A stretch of DNA of 64,000 nucleotides from Eledone cirrhosa. Lineage: Eukaryota. Positions 63,701 through 64,000 of the stretch are shown piece by piece. The notes under the pieces are model-generated. The model saw only the letters and a list, made by a program, of their open reading frames with translations. It did no database searches and was not told the DNA's origin. The first letter of the stretch is position 1; the number at the start of each line of letters is the position of its first letter. The position numbers were made by a program, and so were the translations under genes. The stretch spans positions 66,340,001 to 66,404,000 of the forward strand of contig OZ024741.1 in NCBI GenBank assembly GCA_964016885.1, in the 5' to 3' direction.

Positions 63701-64000
63701 TACCCGTTCGAGAAAGGCTCTACAGACACGGGCGCCCGGGTAGGGACCCCGCCAAAAAGATCTGTCCCAGATGCGTGTGCGACGAGGAAACCGTTGCACA
63801 CGCATTGGTACACTGCCCGGGCGTAGCCGATCTGTGGGGCTATGTCGAACAACTGCTGTCAAGGGTGGGACCGATCCGGTTGACCACCGAGTCTATTGTA
63901 ATGATCAAGCCGCCTCCCCCCTTCAAAGATGAAGCAGAGGCGGTGTTTCTGTGCGTAATAGCCATGGCGAAAGAGGTTGTATGGTGGACGCGTCTGAAAG
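60742..64000 (+). CDS. Tx1-like ORF2p (EN-RT), 3' end outside the window
   Basis: ATG 60742 (MAMLRVGCLNARGL) is in the same frame as AMAKEVVWWTRLK at 63961-63999. GDWN, YSDH, QGCPLS and YADD are present. Its absence from the ORF track is consistent with no stop inside the window. Confidence 0.9.
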   Translation, partial: MAMLRVGCLNARGLGSTWKQAMLLNDLRSQRIDVMVICEARISNVRQLAPAFDDFEMHASLCQPGGGGGVVVLLQKHLGLATQMVHLDPEGRLVVLDLGSGKGGAFRLVAAYGPFGSMRPDFFHRLETFLGTSRSLLLVGDWNGILDARWDYVGACPDREGCNSLKGLIGRFDLADRYRLDFPTAPTWTWANRSGSSRSYLDRFLVRIKDKDFLSCPKMRMVGYSDHKLVTCMVNLDRTHRQGPGYWKLNLSLPASRAYRNRISTLVKERLTGAIVNSRWWVSLKREIRVVSIEFSKVLAADRNRKERELIDRVEEAIRSGDVARVLASRTALSQFFDAKHEGCVVRSKIRALGNEGTKAVSWARVTEANSGTKSTIRSLRDLDGRAILEPKQMCEAFQRHFARLFGRGGEPVGNVDFGPYLDGLPRLSDREAKSCEEPISAAEIEDVLSQCGKRKSPGLDGLPYELYLAMPDLFPDLLEVVYCNWQQNGRIPCTVTKGVVTLVRKDENKGDEISNFRPITLLNTELQILAKVLAKRLALVVGNLVGDAQTCAIPSRSIHDNLHLMRYIIERVGNEPGFGGALINLDQSKAFDRVDHGYLDAVLAAAGFGPVFRGWITAMHSSRICSRVKVNGYLSESFKIARSIRQGCPLSSLLYVLTLEPLLRKLELLQGIPLEPGLRKAVSAYADDVTVMVSTASEIEAVGTLLEEYEKFTGAKLNRDKSIGLQLGTWRGRPMPSDGVVGRWTEGPVKLLGVWFGPDLQVEKNWAEVTNRVFALTQKWASCKLSLKGRAEVANTYIASVIYYRLTVVPCPRETLTKMERALFQFLWKRRAPMVRRSICCQHPSKGGLGMPWLMMRKHALRLRHLYVFLTGQPVWASFVRRTFPRLVSLTELQSWVKQRPRKLGAWHTECAQALTALWQADPVISGDSTATFYRGLVRSRCDDALGEALDMEEDELASLFGRTFSPGPMDNFQKSLAWQCYRGALPVRERLYRHGRPGRDPAKKICPRCVCDEETVAHALVHCPGVADLWGYVEQLLSRVGPIRLTTESIVMIKPPPPFKDEAEAVFLCVIAMAKEVVWWTRLK

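Larger units (their letters stand above)
58716..64000 (+). mobile_element. Apparently intact Tx1-like LINE of a divergent subfamily, copy D (runs off the window end)
   Basis: 5' UTR follows (CTAT)n, then a complete ORF1, a 24-nt spacer and an ORF2 open to the window end. Confidence 0.92.

Overview
Repeat-rich eukaryotic DNA, not prokaryotic. The microsatellite load, SINE types and retroelement set suggest a cephalopod such as Octopus, but that is inference. There is one convincing host gene, a single-coding-exon, RING-less B-box/coiled-coil/NHL (TRIM-like) ORF at about 4167-5846. Almost everything else is mobile DNA or microsatellite: Tx1-like (L1-clade) LINEs (one near-intact full-length copy, one decayed full-length copy, one truncated copy, one apparently intact copy running off the window end, one ORF1 relic), about 20 copies of a tRNA-derived SINE, a second SINE family, Penelope/Naiad-like remnants, CRE-, CR1-, RTE- and R4-like LINE fragments, Helitron ends, MITEs and a long-TIR transposon. 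Three observations stand out. (1) The Tx1 LINEs and the main SINE share a 3' stem-loop with a CUUGU loop plus an (ATT)n tail, and they form a head-to-tail LINE-SINE chain joined by (AAT)n tracts. (2) A consensus splice donor (AG|GTAAGT) sits at the ORF1 stop in three Tx1 copies, including a divergent one. (3) About a dozen (TA)n-associated fold-back elements occur, several carrying minimal hammerhead ribozymes near their centres. All alignments were done by eye, so boundaries are approximate.
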